Shown: positions 25,241-35,019, counted from the first letter of the stretch. The stretch is DNA of 43,740 nt from Dehalococcoidia bacterium (GCA_036564075.1 DATCLE010000224.1:1-43740), one strand, 5' to 3'. Made by a program: numbers and translations. The notes: generated by a model from the sequence alone, not told the origin.

Positions 25241-26290
25241 ATGTCCGGTGTGATCGACCTCAGGAGCGACACGGTGACGCTGCCGCCGCCGGAGATGCGG
25301 CGGGCCATGGCGGAGGCGGAGCTGGGGGACGACGTGTACGGCGAGGACCCCACCGTCAACCGGCTGGAGGCCATGATGGCGGAGCGGCTGGGGAAAGAGG
25401 CCGGCCTCTTCACCGCCAGCGGCACCATGAGCAACCTGGTGGCGCTCCTGACCCACTGCCAGCGGCGGGGCACGGAGGTGATCCTGGGCGAGGAGGCGCA
25501 CATCCTCCAGTACGAGGTGGGCGGCGCCGCCGGGCTGGGCGGGCTCCAGCTCCGCCCGGTGCCCAATACGCCGCGGGGCATGCTGGACCTGGAGGCGCTG
25601 GAGCGGACCGTGCGGGGCCGCAACATCCACTGGCCGGAGACGGGCCTGATCTGCGTGGAGAACACCCACAACCGCTGCGGCGGCGCGGCCCTCACGCCCG
25701 CGGACATGGCGGCGGGGAGGGCCGTGGCGGCGCGGCACGGCGGCATCCCCATCCACCTGGACGGCGCCCGCATCTTCAACGCGGCGGTGGCCCTGGGCGT
25801 GCCGGCTGCGGACCTGGCCCGGGACGCCGATAGCGTGGCGGTCTCCCTGTCCAAGGGGCTGGCCTGCCCCGTGGGCTCCGTGCTGTGCGGCAGCGGGGAG
25901 TTCATTGCCCGGGCGCGGAAGTACCGCAAGATGGTGGGCGGCGGCATGCGCCAGGCGGGCGTGCTGGCGGCCGCCGGGGTCTACGCGCTGGAGCACATGG
26001 TGGACCGCCTGGCGGAAGACCACGAGAACGCGCGCCGTCTGGCGGCGGGGCTGGCGGAGATCCCCGGCCTGAACGTAGACGCGGCGGCGGTGCAGACCAA
26101 CATTGTGCTGATCCGGGTGGACGGAGGCTCCGCGGCAGCGTTCCTGGCCCGGCTGCGGGCCGTGGACGTGCTGGCCACGGAGTCCGGCCCGGAGACGGCC
26201 CGGATGGTGACCCACTACGGCATCGAGCGGGCGCACGTGGACGAGGCGCTGGTGCGGATCCGCCGGGCCATGACGGTGGAGGTGGCGTGA
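25241..26290 (+). CDS. ltaE: Low-specificity L-threonine aldolase
   Basis: The hallmark N-terminus DLRSDTVTLPPPEMRRAMAEAELGDDVYGEDPTVNRLE, then TASGTMSNL, HLDGARIFNA and SVAVSLSKGL (PLP lysine). GGGAGGG lies 8 nt before the ATG. Confidence 0.88.
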   Translation: MSGVIDLRSDTVTLPPPEMRRAMAEAELGDDVYGEDPTVNRLEAMMAERLGKEAGLFTASGTMSNLVALLTHCQRRGTEVILGEEAHILQYEVGGAAGLGGLQLRPVPNTPRGMLDLEALERTVRGRNIHWPETGLICVENTHNRCGGAALTPADMAAGRAVAARHGGIPIHLDGARIFNAAVALGVPAADLARDADSVAVSLSKGLACPVGSVLCGSGEFIARARKYRKMVGGGMRQAGVLAAAGVYALEHMVDRLAEDHENARRLAAGLAEIPGLNVDAAAVQTNIVLIRVDGGSAAAFLARLRAVDVLATESGPETARMVTHYGIERAHVDEALVRIRRAMTVEVA

Positions 26291-27060
26291 GCAACCGGAG
26301 GACAGGATACGCGCTGGCCCTCCTGGCGGTGCTGGTGGCGCTGCTGGGGGCCGCCTGCAACTCCCAACCGTCGCTGCGGGGCACGGAGGACGTCCCCATA
26401 CGCGACATCCCCTGGTCAGACGGAGAGGAGACCCACTACGCCCTCAGGAACGACGACGGTGAGCGCATCGGCAGCGGCACCCTCCGCATCGAGCGGGACG
26501 GGGAGACGTACCGGCTGACGCAGAGCTACCAGGCGCACACGGAGGCGAACCGTTCGCCCACGGACACCGACGAGATGGTGAGCGTGGTGCAGGCGGCGGA
26601 CCTGAAGCCGGTGCGCTTCGAGCGACGGGCCAACAACGACGACGAGCTCTACCAGGTGGAGGCGGAGTTCGCCGGGGACCAGGTGCTGGCTACCTTCACC
26701 CGGGGCAACCGCTCCCAGGACCGCGAGACCTCCCTGCCGGAGCAGGCCTACGACAACGAGTCGCTGGTCTTCCTGTGGCGGGCCATGCCGCTGGAGGACG
26801 AGTTCAGCGCCCGCATTGTCGCCATCGCCTTCGACGTGGTGGGGCGGTCCATCCTCAAGCCGGTGGCCACCCTGCGGGTGGTGCAGCAGGAGCGGGTGGA
26901 GGTACCGGCGGGCGCCTTCAACACGTGGCGGGTGGAGGCGCTCACCGGCGGCCGGACGGTGACGGCGTGGATCGGCGTGGAGGCGCCGCACTACCTGGTG
27001 AAGTACGATTCCGGCCGCAACGTGGTCTACGAGCTGGAGCGCGTGGGGCAGGGCCGGTAG
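26287..27060 (+). CDS. Lipoprotein of unknown function
   Basis: Lipobox LLGAAC after a hydrophobic signal (ALALLAVLVALLGAACN). GTG 26287 overlaps the ltaE stop (GTGA). The mature part is beta-rich and resembles DUF3108-like barrels only vaguely. Confidence 0.7.
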   Translation: MSNRRTGYALALLAVLVALLGAACNSQPSLRGTEDVPIRDIPWSDGEETHYALRNDDGERIGSGTLRIERDGETYRLTQSYQAHTEANRSPTDTDEMVSVVQAADLKPVRFERRANNDDELYQVEAEFAGDQVLATFTRGNRSQDRETSLPEQAYDNESLVFLWRAMPLEDEFSARIVAIAFDVVGRSILKPVATLRVVQQERVEVPAGAFNTWRVEALTGGRTVTAWIGVEAPHYLVKYDSGRNVVYELERVGQGR

Positions 27061-27073
27061 GCGGTCGCACCGC

Positions 27074-27640
27074 TCACGGGGACCAGAGGCAGCCGCGGCT
27101 GGCCGCCTGGGCCCCCTCCTCCATGCGGACCAGGACGTCCCGGTAGGCGCCGTCCTCCGTCCAGGCGCGGGCCAGCCCCTCCGAGACCAGGGCGGCGTCC
27201 AGGGAGTGTCCGTCCGTGGTGAAGACGTACCGCAGGAGCCGGCCGTACCGGTCGCGGTCGCGGCGGTCCGGCAGCAGCAGGACCTCCGTGCCGGCCAGCT
27301 CACGGTTCCGCTCCACCGCCTCGCGGTAGCAGGGGTCGCCGCGCTCCGGCGTATTGGAGCCGTAGTAGCGCACGCGCTCCTGTCTCCCCTGGATCTCCAC
27401 GTCGATGGTATCGCCGTCCACCACGTCCAGCACCCGGGCGTGCTGGGCGGCGGAGAGGTCGGCGTCCAGGGTGGCGTCCGCCGGCGGCGCGGCGCCGCCG
27501 CCCACGTCCACCACGCCGGTCCGGACCAGCCCGAAGGCCAGGGCCGCGGCCAGGAGCAGGAGCAGGGTCAGCGGGACGCGTACGCCTGAGGCGCGGCGGG
27601 ATCTCCGACCCACGGCACCACCACCTCCGGCGGACACCAT
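27074..27640 (-). CDS. Secreted or membrane-anchored thermonuclease (staphylococcal nuclease, SNase fold)
   Basis: ARVLDVVDGDTIDVEIQGRQERVRYYGSNTPERGDPCYREA...DRYGRLLRYV...LVSEGLARAW is the SNase core. The N-terminal hydrophobic helix is PLTLLLLLAAALAFGLV. The start is uncertain: ATG 27640, or GTG 27613 about 10 nt after GGAGG. The track start is 27682. Confidence 0.8.
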   Translation of the reverse strand: MVSAGGGGAVGRRSRRASGVRVPLTLLLLLAAALAFGLVRTGVVDVGGGAAPPADATLDADLSAAQHARVLDVVDGDTIDVEIQGRQERVRYYGSNTPERGDPCYREAVERNRELAGTEVLLLPDRRDRDRYGRLLRYVFTTDGHSLDAALVSEGLARAWTEDGAYRDVLVRMEEGAQAASRGCLWSP

Positions 27641-27653
27641 AGCACGGAGGCGT

Positions 27654-27683
27654 TTGACAGCGCCCCGGCAGATGGGGTACAAA
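27654..27683 (+). promoter_or_regulatory. Candidate sigma-70 promoter for the response regulator gene
   Basis: TTGACA at 27654-59, an 18-nt spacer, then TACAAA at 27678-83. It lies about 48 nt before ATG 27731 and argues against the track start at 27683. Confidence 0.4.
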
Positions 27684-27730
27684 TGGGGCGCTCAGCGGCG
27701 CTGGCCGGCCTCCAGCGCCGTCTCCCGCCA

Positions 27731-28525
27731 ATGAGTGCAATCTTCTACATCTCCCCTGACCTGGCCGTGCGTCGGGCCGTCCAGCGGTACCTGACGCGGT
27801 ACGGCTACCTGGTGGTCCCCGCCGCCACGGCGTCGGAGGCACTCCGCGCCGCCGTCACCCTGGCCGTCTCCGCCGTCGTCTTCGACACCGCCACCCCGGG
27901 CGAGGGAGTGGAGCGCTTCATCCAGGCCTTCCGGGCGCTGCCGGGCCGGGAGCGGGTTCCCATCATCGCCGTCACCGGTCCCGCCACGTACCGGCGGCTG
28001 GCCGCCTCGCCCCTGCTGACAGCGGCGGACGCGGTGCTGCAGCGCCCCGTGCGGCCGGCGGCGCTGCTGCGGCAGGTGGAGCGTGCCCTGGCCCTCTCCG
28101 GCGCGCCGGACGGGCACCGTCCCCTGCCCCTGCGGCTGGATCGCCGGCGGCAGACGGTCCAGGCGGGGGCCCACCAACAGCGCCTCACGCCCACGGAGCT
28201 GCGGCTGCTGGCCTGCCTGCTGGACCACGCGGGCCAGGTGCTCACCTACGGGCAGCTCCTGGAGGAGGTGTGGGGCTACGCGCCGTCCACCGGCAGCCCG
28301 GAGCTGGTGCGCACCCACGTCATGAACCTGCGGCGGAAGCTGGCCCACCTGCCGGCCTGCGCCGCCATCGAAACGGTGCCGCGGTTGGGCTACCAGCTCC
28401 GCTTCGCGCCGGACCGAGCCGCCCGGGAGGACGAGGTGCCGCCGTACTGGGCGGCGCGAACGGCACCGGGTTACGAATCCGGGGCGCCGTCGTTGACAGA
28501 TGGAGAGGCGGTGGGGGTAGAGTAA
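27731..28525 (+). CDS. OmpR/PhoB-type response regulator with an atypical receiver domain
   Basis: C-terminal winged helix LTPTELRLLACLLDHAGQVLTYGQLLEEVWG...VRTHVMNLRRKL...IETVPRLGYQLRF. The receiver retains the acceptor Asp (AVVFDT) and Thr (IIAVTG). It lacks the N-terminal acidic pair (YISPD) and carries Arg in place of the conserved Lys (LQRPV). Confidence 0.8.
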   Translation: MSAIFYISPDLAVRRAVQRYLTRYGYLVVPAATASEALRAAVTLAVSAVVFDTATPGEGVERFIQAFRALPGRERVPIIAVTGPATYRRLAASPLLTAADAVLQRPVRPAALLRQVERALALSGAPDGHRPLPLRLDRRRQTVQAGAHQQRLTPTELRLLACLLDHAGQVLTYGQLLEEVWGYAPSTGSPELVRTHVMNLRRKLAHLPACAAIETVPRLGYQLRFAPDRAAREDEVPPYWAARTAPGYESGAPSLTDGEAVGVE

Positions 28526-28570
28526 GAGGGCGCGGTCGCGCTTGCGCGGCCGCCGCAGAGCCGGGGGAGC

Positions 28571-29821
28571 ATGGACGGCGTGGCGGGCAGAGAAGAGACG
28601 GAGCTTGCACGGTGGGCGGCCGGGGCGCTGGAGGGCCTGCTGGCCGCCCGGACGGCGGCCGTGCGGGCCACGGCACCCGCCAGCGCGGCGCCGCCCTCCG
28701 TTCCGCTGCTGACGCTGACGGGCGGCCTGCCGGACCCGGAGACGCTGCCCCGCGACGAGCTGGCGGAGGTGACGCGCCTGGTCCTGGCGCGGGAGGGACG
28801 GGAGGCCCTCCAGTACGGCGGCCCCCAGGGGTTCCTGGGGCTGCGGGAGGTGCTGGCGGAGCGCGCCTCCCGGCGGGAGGGGCTGGAGCTCACGGCGGAG
28901 AACTTCATGCTGGCCAGCGGCAGCGCCCACGCCCTGGCCAACTTCTGCTTCACCTTCGTGGACCCCGGCGACCCCGTCATTGTGGAGAACCCCAGCTTCT
29001 CCGGCTCCATCCGCACCATCCGGGCCCACCAGGCGGAGGTGATCACGGTGCCGGTGGACCGGGAGGGGCTGCGGACCGACGCGTTGGCGGAGGCGCTGGA
29101 GCGGCTGGCGGCGGCCGGACGGCGGGCCAAGTTCATCTACACCATTCCCACGTTCCACAACCCCACGGGCAGCACCATGACCTTGGCACGGCGGCGGGAG
29201 CTGCTGGAGCTGGCGGCGCGGCACCGGGTGCTGGTGCTGGAGGATGACGCCTACGGCGAGCTGCGGTACGAGGGCGAGCCGGTCCCCTCCCTCTACGCCC
29301 TGAGCGGCGGCGAGGGCGTGGTGCGCATCGGGACGTTCAGCAAGACGTTGGCCAGCGGGCTGCGCCTGGGGTGGACCATGGCCCGCAAGGAGTACGTGGA
29401 CGCCCTGGTGCGGATGCGGCTGGACATGGGCACCAGCCCCTTCGCCTCCCGGGTGGTGGCGGAGTACGCCGCCAGCGGCCGGCTGGACCGCCACGTGACC
29501 CGCATGCTGGCGCTCTACCGGGAGAAGCGGGACACCATGCTCTCCGCGCTGGAGCGGTACTGCGCCCGCTGGGCAACGTGGGAGCGGCCGGAAGGCGGCT
29601 TCTTCCTCTGGCTGCGTCTGGCCCCCGGCGCCGATTGCGGGACGGTGGTGCGGACGGGCCTGGAGCTGGGGGTGGCCACGGTGGCCGGCACCGGCTTCTA
29701 CAGCGACGGGGACGGCGCCGGCTACGTCCGGCTGGCCTTCAGCTACGTGGCCCTGGAAGAGATCGAGGAGGCGGTACGGCGGCTGGGCGCCGCCCTGGCG
29801 CGCGTGTACGAAGGCGCCTGA
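28571..29821 (+). CDS. PLP-dependent aminotransferase, class I/II (COG1167 / LysN-ARO8-like)
   Basis: FIYTIPTFHNPTGSTMTLARRRELLELAARHRVLVLEDDAYGELRY and GTFSKTLASGLRLGW (PLP lysine). There is no N-terminal GntR HTH. Confidence 0.85.
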   Translation: MDGVAGREETELARWAAGALEGLLAARTAAVRATAPASAAPPSVPLLTLTGGLPDPETLPRDELAEVTRLVLAREGREALQYGGPQGFLGLREVLAERASRREGLELTAENFMLASGSAHALANFCFTFVDPGDPVIVENPSFSGSIRTIRAHQAEVITVPVDREGLRTDALAEALERLAAAGRRAKFIYTIPTFHNPTGSTMTLARRRELLELAARHRVLVLEDDAYGELRYEGEPVPSLYALSGGEGVVRIGTFSKTLASGLRLGWTMARKEYVDALVRMRLDMGTSPFASRVVAEYAASGRLDRHVTRMLALYREKRDTMLSALERYCARWATWERPEGGFFLWLRLAPGADCGTVVRTGLELGVATVAGTGFYSDGDGAGYVRLAFSYVALEEIEEAVRRLGAALARVYEGA

Positions 29822-29828
29822 CGGCCCC

Positions 29829-30503
29829 CTACTCCGTGTAGGGCGCCAGGAACTGGCCGCTGGCCCAGCCCAGCCCCTCCAGCCGCCACCACGTGTGGCC
29901 GTCGGCGGAGACGGGTCCCTCGATGACGCGGCCGCGCGCGCCGTCGGACTGGCAGGTGACCACGGGCGCGTTGATGCTGGCCGTCTCCCGGAAGCGCAGG
30001 CAGTCCCCCGCTCCGTAGACCACCGCTACCGTGCCCACCGCCAGCGCGGCGCCGGGCGGCGGCGCCTTGACGAAGGTCACGGTCCAGCCGCCGGCCTCGT
30101 CGCGCGTCATGACCACCTCCCCCACCACCTCCTTGCCCAGCCCGGACGCCACGTTCATGGTGACCAGCGGCTCAGCGCGGAAGAGGGAGACGGTGCAGAG
30201 GCCCGGCGGCGGCGCCTCCGTGGTGGGCGGTACGGGCGGGCAGGGCCCCAGGTACGGCTGGCCCAAGCGGCTGCGCACCACGTACTCCACGGCGGACTCG
30301 GGGTCCGGGAAGCTGGCGGGGGTGGGCTCCGGCGTCGGCGAGGGCTCGGCGGTGGGGGACGGCGTTTCCGACGCGGCCGCGGACTCCTCGCCGCCGGCGC
30401 CGCCGTCCCGCAGCGTCACGAACGCAACCAGGAAGACGATGGCGCCGACGGTCCCCAGCGCGAAGCCCAGCAGCGCGAACCACGGCGGGCCGCCCCGTCG
30501 CAT
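29829..30503 (-). CDS. Membrane-anchored protein with a C-terminal bacterial SH3 domain
   Basis: N-terminal TM WFALLGFALGTVGAIVFLVAFV, then a Pro/Ser/Thr/Glu linker. The C-terminus LRFRETASINAPVVTCQSDGARGRVIEGPVSADGHTWWRLEGLGWASGQFL is SH3b-like. Confidence 0.65.
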   Translation of the reverse strand: MRRGGPPWFALLGFALGTVGAIVFLVAFVTLRDGGAGGEESAAASETPSPTAEPSPTPEPTPASFPDPESAVEYVVRSRLGQPYLGPCPPVPPTTEAPPPGLCTVSLFRAEPLVTMNVASGLGKEVVGEVVMTRDEAGGWTVTFVKAPPPGAALAVGTVAVVYGAGDCLRFRETASINAPVVTCQSDGARGRVIEGPVSADGHTWWRLEGLGWASGQFLAPYTE

Positions 30504-30707
30504 GGATGCCCCCTTGCCGCCCCCCGGCGCGGCGTCCGTCCGCCGTCCGGGCCGGGGGAGCCGGCCGCGCGCTCCGGCCGTGCCCGCGCCCGCCCACGGC
30601 GGGCATGGGCGTCTGCGGGACGCTCTGCGCGCGCTGCGACTGCGTCCCGCCGGAGAACTGCATGGTACCCGGCGCCGCGCCGTCTGGCAAGCCCGCCCGC
30701 GGACGGC

Positions 30708-31457
30708 TTACCGCAGCACCAGCAGGTCCAGCCGGTCGATGACGGGCGAGGGCTCGCGCTCGGCGGCCACGGCCCGGTCCAGCGCGGCCATGCCGCGGGC
30801 GAAGGCCTCGTCGCTGAGAGGCGCCAGGGTGGAGTCCGCCCGGAGCCGGGCCCGGTCCCGAAAGGCCCGGAGGCTGGGCGCCGAGACCTGGGGCACACTC
30901 TCCAGGGCCTCCAGCCGGAACCCGGCGGCGGCGAAGGCGTCGGCCGTGGCCTCCACCGTGGGGAAGGTGCCGGCCACCCGGGACGCCTCCGGGAAGAATC
31001 GGAAGAGGGTGATGTCCCGGTGCCGGCCGGGAAAGGAGCTGCGGATGAGCACGGGGGCGCCGGACCGCAGGACCCGGCGGAGCTCCCGGGCGCAGGCCGG
31101 CAGGTCCGGGATGTGGTGGATGACGGTGGAGAGCCAGGCGCAGCCGCAGACGCCGTCGCGCAGCGGGAGGGCCTCCGCCCGCCCGCCCACGTAGGCGATC
31201 CCGCGGCCGCCGTGGTGGCGCAGCGCCTCCCGCCGCATGGCCTCCGCGGGCTCTACGCCGATGACCCGCACGCCGAACCAACGGACGAAGGCATGGGCGA
31301 AGAGCCCGGCGCCGGAGCCCACGTCCAGCACCGGCGGGCCGCCGGGCTGCGGGACGTACGGCGCGACGGCCCGCCGCCAGCCCTCCAGCGCGGCCAGGGG
31401 CATGTCCCGGCTTCGCCGGTACGCCGCCGCCAGCCGCTCGTAGTCCAGGCGCGCCAT
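30708..31457 (-). CDS. Class I SAM-dependent methyltransferase
   Basis: Motif I VLDVGSGAGLF, post-I IGVEPAEAM, and motifs II/III DGVCGCAWLSTVIHHI and LRSGAPVLI. ATG 31457 sits 5 nt after GGGGAGGGG. Confidence 0.8.
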   Translation of the reverse strand: MARLDYERLAAAYRRSRDMPLAALEGWRRAVAPYVPQPGGPPVLDVGSGAGLFAHAFVRWFGVRVIGVEPAEAMRREALRHHGGRGIAYVGGRAEALPLRDGVCGCAWLSTVIHHIPDLPACARELRRVLRSGAPVLIRSSFPGRHRDITLFRFFPEASRVAGTFPTVEATADAFAAAGFRLEALESVPQVSAPSLRAFRDRARLRADSTLAPLSDEAFARGMAALDRAVAAEREPSPVIDRLDLLVLR

Positions 31458-31581
31458 CGTTGCCCCTCCCCAGCGTGCAGGACGCCGCGCCCCGCAGGGT
31501 ACCACACCCCGCCGGGCCGGTGACAACCCGCCCGCCGTCCGCGTACTCTGGAGGCGAGATCGCCCGGCAGGGGAGGGGCCG

Positions 31582-33999
31582 ATGGCCAGCGACGCCACCG
31601 CCGTGCAGGGACTGAGCGAACGTGAGGCCGCCGACCGCCGGGCCCGCGGTCAGGGCAACGAGGCCGCGCCCTCCACCTCCCGGACCTACCGCGAGATCCT
31701 CCGCGACAACGCCTTCACCTTCGTCAACGTCGTCCTCTTCTCCATTGTCCTGCTGCTGCTGGCCCTGGGCCTCTTCGGCGATGCGCTGGTCACGGCGGGC
31801 CTGGTGCTGTTCAACGTGGTGGCGGGCGTGGTCCAGGAGGGTCGCGCCAAGCGGAAGCTGGACCAGATTGCCCTGCTGGTGCGGCCCGTGGCCACGGTGG
31901 TGCGGGACGGCCGGGAACGGGCCGTGGACCCGCGGGAGGTGGTGCTGGGCGACCTCCTGGTGGCCCGCCCGGGCGACCAGATCGTAGCCGACGGCCGGCT
32001 GGCGGACGGTCGCGTGGACGTGGACGAGTCGCTCCTGACGGGGGAGTCGGACCTGGTGCCCAAGGGCCCGGGCGATCCCGTCTACTCCGGCAGCTTCTGC
32101 GTGGCGGGGGAGGCCCGGTACCGGGCGGAGCAGGTGGGGACGGCCAGCCTGGCCAACCAGTTGGTGGCAGGGGCACGGGCGTTCCGGACGGTGAAGACGC
32201 CGCTCCAGCGGGCGGTGGACCTGATCCTGCGGGTGGCGCTGGTGGTGGCGCTCCTGGTGGGGGTGCAGGTGGCCTCCTCCCTGTGGCGCAGCGAGGGGGC
32301 GTTCCAGCTCCGGGAGAGCGTGCGGGCGGCGGCGGTCATTGTGGCGCTGGTGCCGCAGGGGCTGGCGTTCATGGTCACCGTGTCCTACGCCATGGGCGCC
32401 GTGCGCATGGCGGGCAAGGGGGCGCTGATCCAGCGGGCCAACGCCGTGGAGTCGCTCAGCCACGTGAACGTGCTCTGCCTGGACAAGACGGGCACCCTCA
32501 CCACCAACCGCATCCGCTTCCACGCCCTGCACCCCCTGGGCCTGGCGGAGCCGGAGCTGCGGGCCCGCCTGGGCGACTTCGCGGCCACGGTGGCCGGCGG
32601 CAACCGCACGGCGGCGGCGGTCCAGGCGGCGCTGGGAGGCACGCGCCGCCGGGCGACGGCGGAGGTGCCGTTCTCCTCAGAGCGGAAGTGGAGCGCCGCC
32701 AGCTTTGACGGGGACGGGCTGCACGGCACCTACGTGCTGGGAGCGCCGGAGGTGCTGCTGTCCGCCCTAGCGGACGGCCGGGAGCAGGTGGAGGGGGCGG
32801 CGGCGGAGCTGGCCCGGCAGGGGTTGCGGGTCCTCCTGCTGGCCTTCCGGCCGGAGGTGCTGCCGCTCACGGACGGGGACGGGCGGCCGGCCCTGCCGCA
32901 GGGCCTGACCCCCGCCGGGCTGGCCTCGCTGAGCGAGGAGCTGCGGCCGGAGGCGGCGGAGACGCTGGCCCGCTTCGCGGAGGCGGGGATCCAGGTGAAG
33001 GTCATCTCCGGCGATAGCCCGGAGACGGTGGCCGCGCTGGCGCGTCGGGCGGGGCTGGCGGAGGTCCACGTGGCGTCCGGGCTGGACCTGGCGGACCTGG
33101 ACGCCGGGGCCTTCGAGGCGGCGGCGCGGGAGTCCAACGTCTTCGGGCGGATCACGCCGCAGCAGAAGGAGCGGCTGGTGCGGGCGCTGCGGGCGGGCGG
33201 GGCCTACGTGGCGATGATCGGCGATGGGGTGAACGACGTGCTGGCGCTGAAGCAGGCGAACCTGGGCATCGCCATGCAGAGCGGCAGCCAGGCCACCCGC
33301 GGCGTGGCGGACATGGTGCTGCTGGGGGACTCCTTCGGGGCGCTGCCCGCCGCCTTCCGGGAGGGGCAGCGGATCTTCCGCGGCATGCGGGACATCCTCT
33401 CCCTCTTCCTGGTGCGGACGCTGTACGTGACGCTGCTCATCGGCGGGACGGCCCTGGCGGGCGCGGCCTTCCCCGTGACGCCCAAGCAGAACTCCGTGCT
33501 GGCGCTCCTGACGGTGGGGATCCCCACGCTGGCGCTGGCCGCCTGGGCGAAGCCGGCGCCGCCGGCCCGGGGCATGGCGTTCCAGGTGGCGCGCTTCGTG
33601 GTGCCGGGGGCCGTGCTGGTGACGGCGGTGGCGCTGCCCCTGTACCTGGCCTACCTCTGGCTGACCGACGACGTGGCGCTGGCCCGCACCGTCCTCACCA
33701 TCACCGCCGTGCTCTGTGGCCTGCTCCTCATCCTCTTCCTGGAGCCGCCGGGTGCCTCCTGGCACCCGCGGGACGTCCTGCGGGGCGACCTGCGGCCCGC
33801 GGCGCTCACGGCGGCCATGCTGGCGCTCTTCGTGCTGCTCCTCTCGGTGCGGGACCTGCGGGAGTTCTTCGAGCTGGTGCCGCTGGCGCCGTACCACTAC
33901 GCCGTCATCCTGGCGGCGGTGGCCCTCTGGGCGCGGGCCCTCCTCTGGACGTGGCGGCTCCACCTGTTCGAGCGGTTCCTGGGGATGGAGCCCCGCTGA
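31582..33999 (+). CDS. Cation-translocating P-type ATPase (type II/III-like; substrate not assignable)
   Basis: TGES (LLTGESD), phosphorylation site CLDKTGTLTTN, hinge GDGVNDVLALKQANLGIAM, and TM4 motif VPQGL in place of PEGL. No CPC heavy-metal motif or N-terminal metal-binding domain is visible. Confidence 0.92.
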   Translation: MASDATAVQGLSEREAADRRARGQGNEAAPSTSRTYREILRDNAFTFVNVVLFSIVLLLLALGLFGDALVTAGLVLFNVVAGVVQEGRAKRKLDQIALLVRPVATVVRDGRERAVDPREVVLGDLLVARPGDQIVADGRLADGRVDVDESLLTGESDLVPKGPGDPVYSGSFCVAGEARYRAEQVGTASLANQLVAGARAFRTVKTPLQRAVDLILRVALVVALLVGVQVASSLWRSEGAFQLRESVRAAAVIVALVPQGLAFMVTVSYAMGAVRMAGKGALIQRANAVESLSHVNVLCLDKTGTLTTNRIRFHALHPLGLAEPELRARLGDFAATVAGGNRTAAAVQAALGGTRRRATAEVPFSSERKWSAASFDGDGLHGTYVLGAPEVLLSALADGREQVEGAAAELARQGLRVLLLAFRPEVLPLTDGDGRPALPQGLTPAGLASLSEELRPEAAETLARFAEAGIQVKVISGDSPETVAALARRAGLAEVHVASGLDLADLDAGAFEAAARESNVFGRITPQQKERLVRALRAGGAYVAMIGDGVNDVLALKQANLGIAMQSGSQATRGVADMVLLGDSFGALPAAFREGQRIFRGMRDILSLFLVRTLYVTLLIGGTALAGAAFPVTPKQNSVLALLTVGIPTLALAAWAKPAPPARGMAFQVARFVVPGAVLVTAVALPLYLAYLWLTDDVALARTVLTITAVLCGLLLILFLEPPGASWHPRDVLRGDLRPAALTAAMLALFVLLLSVRDLREFFELVPLAPYHYAVILAAVALWARALLWTWRLHLFERFLGMEPR

Positions 34000-34017
34000 C
34001 CGGCCCGGACCGGGGCG

Positions 34018-34815
34018 CTACGGCCAGCCTTGGCCGGCCAGGATCTGCGGGAGGACGAAGGTCTTGTACCCCACGGTCACCCGGAAGCCCATGCGCGCGT
34101 AGACCGGCTGCCCCAGTTCCGACGGCTGGAGGACGGCCAGCGTGCAGCCGGCGGCGGCGCCTTCGCGCACGGCGTGCCAGGTGAGGGCCTCGCCGTAGCC
34201 GCGGCGGCGGTACTCCGGCAGCGTGCCGACGAAGTAGATCCCAGCGACGCCGTCCGTCACCAGCAGCGACGAGCAGGCCGCGGGCCGCCCGTCCACGTAC
34301 CCCAGGTAGCTGCGCCAGCGGGGGTGCTCCAGGAGGCGCATGGGGAGCAGGCGTCGCGTGGTGGCCGCGTCCTGTTCAAAGGCCCGCGCCGCCACCTCCG
34401 CGTAGGCGGCCATGCCGTCCGGGGTGATGACCCGGCGGATCTCCAGCGCCGCCGGGGCCGGCGGCACGGGCGGGATGGGCTGGAGCACCATGCCGGGCAG
34501 GGTGTCCGTGTACCGGAGGCCGGCCGCTTCGGCGGCGCGCTCGGCGTCCGGGTCAAGGCCGTCCCGGATGCGGAGGATGAAGGGCTGGCGGAGCCCCCGG
34601 AAGTGATCGATGGCCTCGCGGATCGCGGCGGGCGGGTCGTCCAGGGGCCGGGTGACGGCGGCCACGTTCCACCACTCCTGGGGGGCGCCCGTGGCGGCCA
34701 GGAGCAGGCCGCCCGCCTCCCGCACGCTCCCGCCCGCCACGGACGTTGCCCAGACCCGCCACCAGTCGTAGTAGGCGGCATCGGCGCGGTCGGCAAGGTC
34801 GCGTTCGTCCGTCAC
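34018..34815 (-). CDS. GNAT family N-acetyltransferase
   Basis: GNAT core GIYFVGTLPEYRRRGYGEALTWHAVREGAAAGC...YARMGFR. The GTG 34815 start sits after GGAGGA. The 843-aa track ORF extending to 36549 is antisense to the SBP gene and is rejected. Confidence 0.75.
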   Translation of the reverse strand: MTDERDLADRADAAYYDWWRVWATSVAGGSVREAGGLLLAATGAPQEWWNVAAVTRPLDDPPAAIREAIDHFRGLRQPFILRIRDGLDPDAERAAEAAGLRYTDTLPGMVLQPIPPVPPAPAALEIRRVITPDGMAAYAEVAARAFEQDAATTRRLLPMRLLEHPRWRSYLGYVDGRPAACSSLLVTDGVAGIYFVGTLPEYRRRGYGEALTWHAVREGAAAGCTLAVLQPSELGQPVYARMGFRVTVGYKTFVLPQILAGQGWP

Positions 34816-34947
34816 AGTGTCCTCCTTCCGCGGCGCCGGGCCTCCGTGCCCGCCGGAGGCCAGCATAGCACAGGGAGAACCGCCGCGGCCGGACAGCGGG
34901 CGCGCCACCGCACGGAAAAAGGTGCAATCAGTAGCTCTTGCAATTAC

Positions 34948-34977
34948 TTGCATGTAACCGGCCCCGCTCTCTATAAT
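34948..34977 (+). promoter_or_regulatory. Candidate sigma-70 promoter of the ABC importer operon (TTGCAT-18 nt-TATAAT)
   Basis: TTGCAT at 34948-53 and TATAAT at 34972-77, in an AT-richer divergent intergenic region. Three TGCA(A)T copies lie nearby (34923-34953). Confidence 0.45.
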
Positions 34978-35019
34978 CACGCCACCGCGTGCCTGCAAAC
35001 CGAGACGAGAGGGGGTGCC

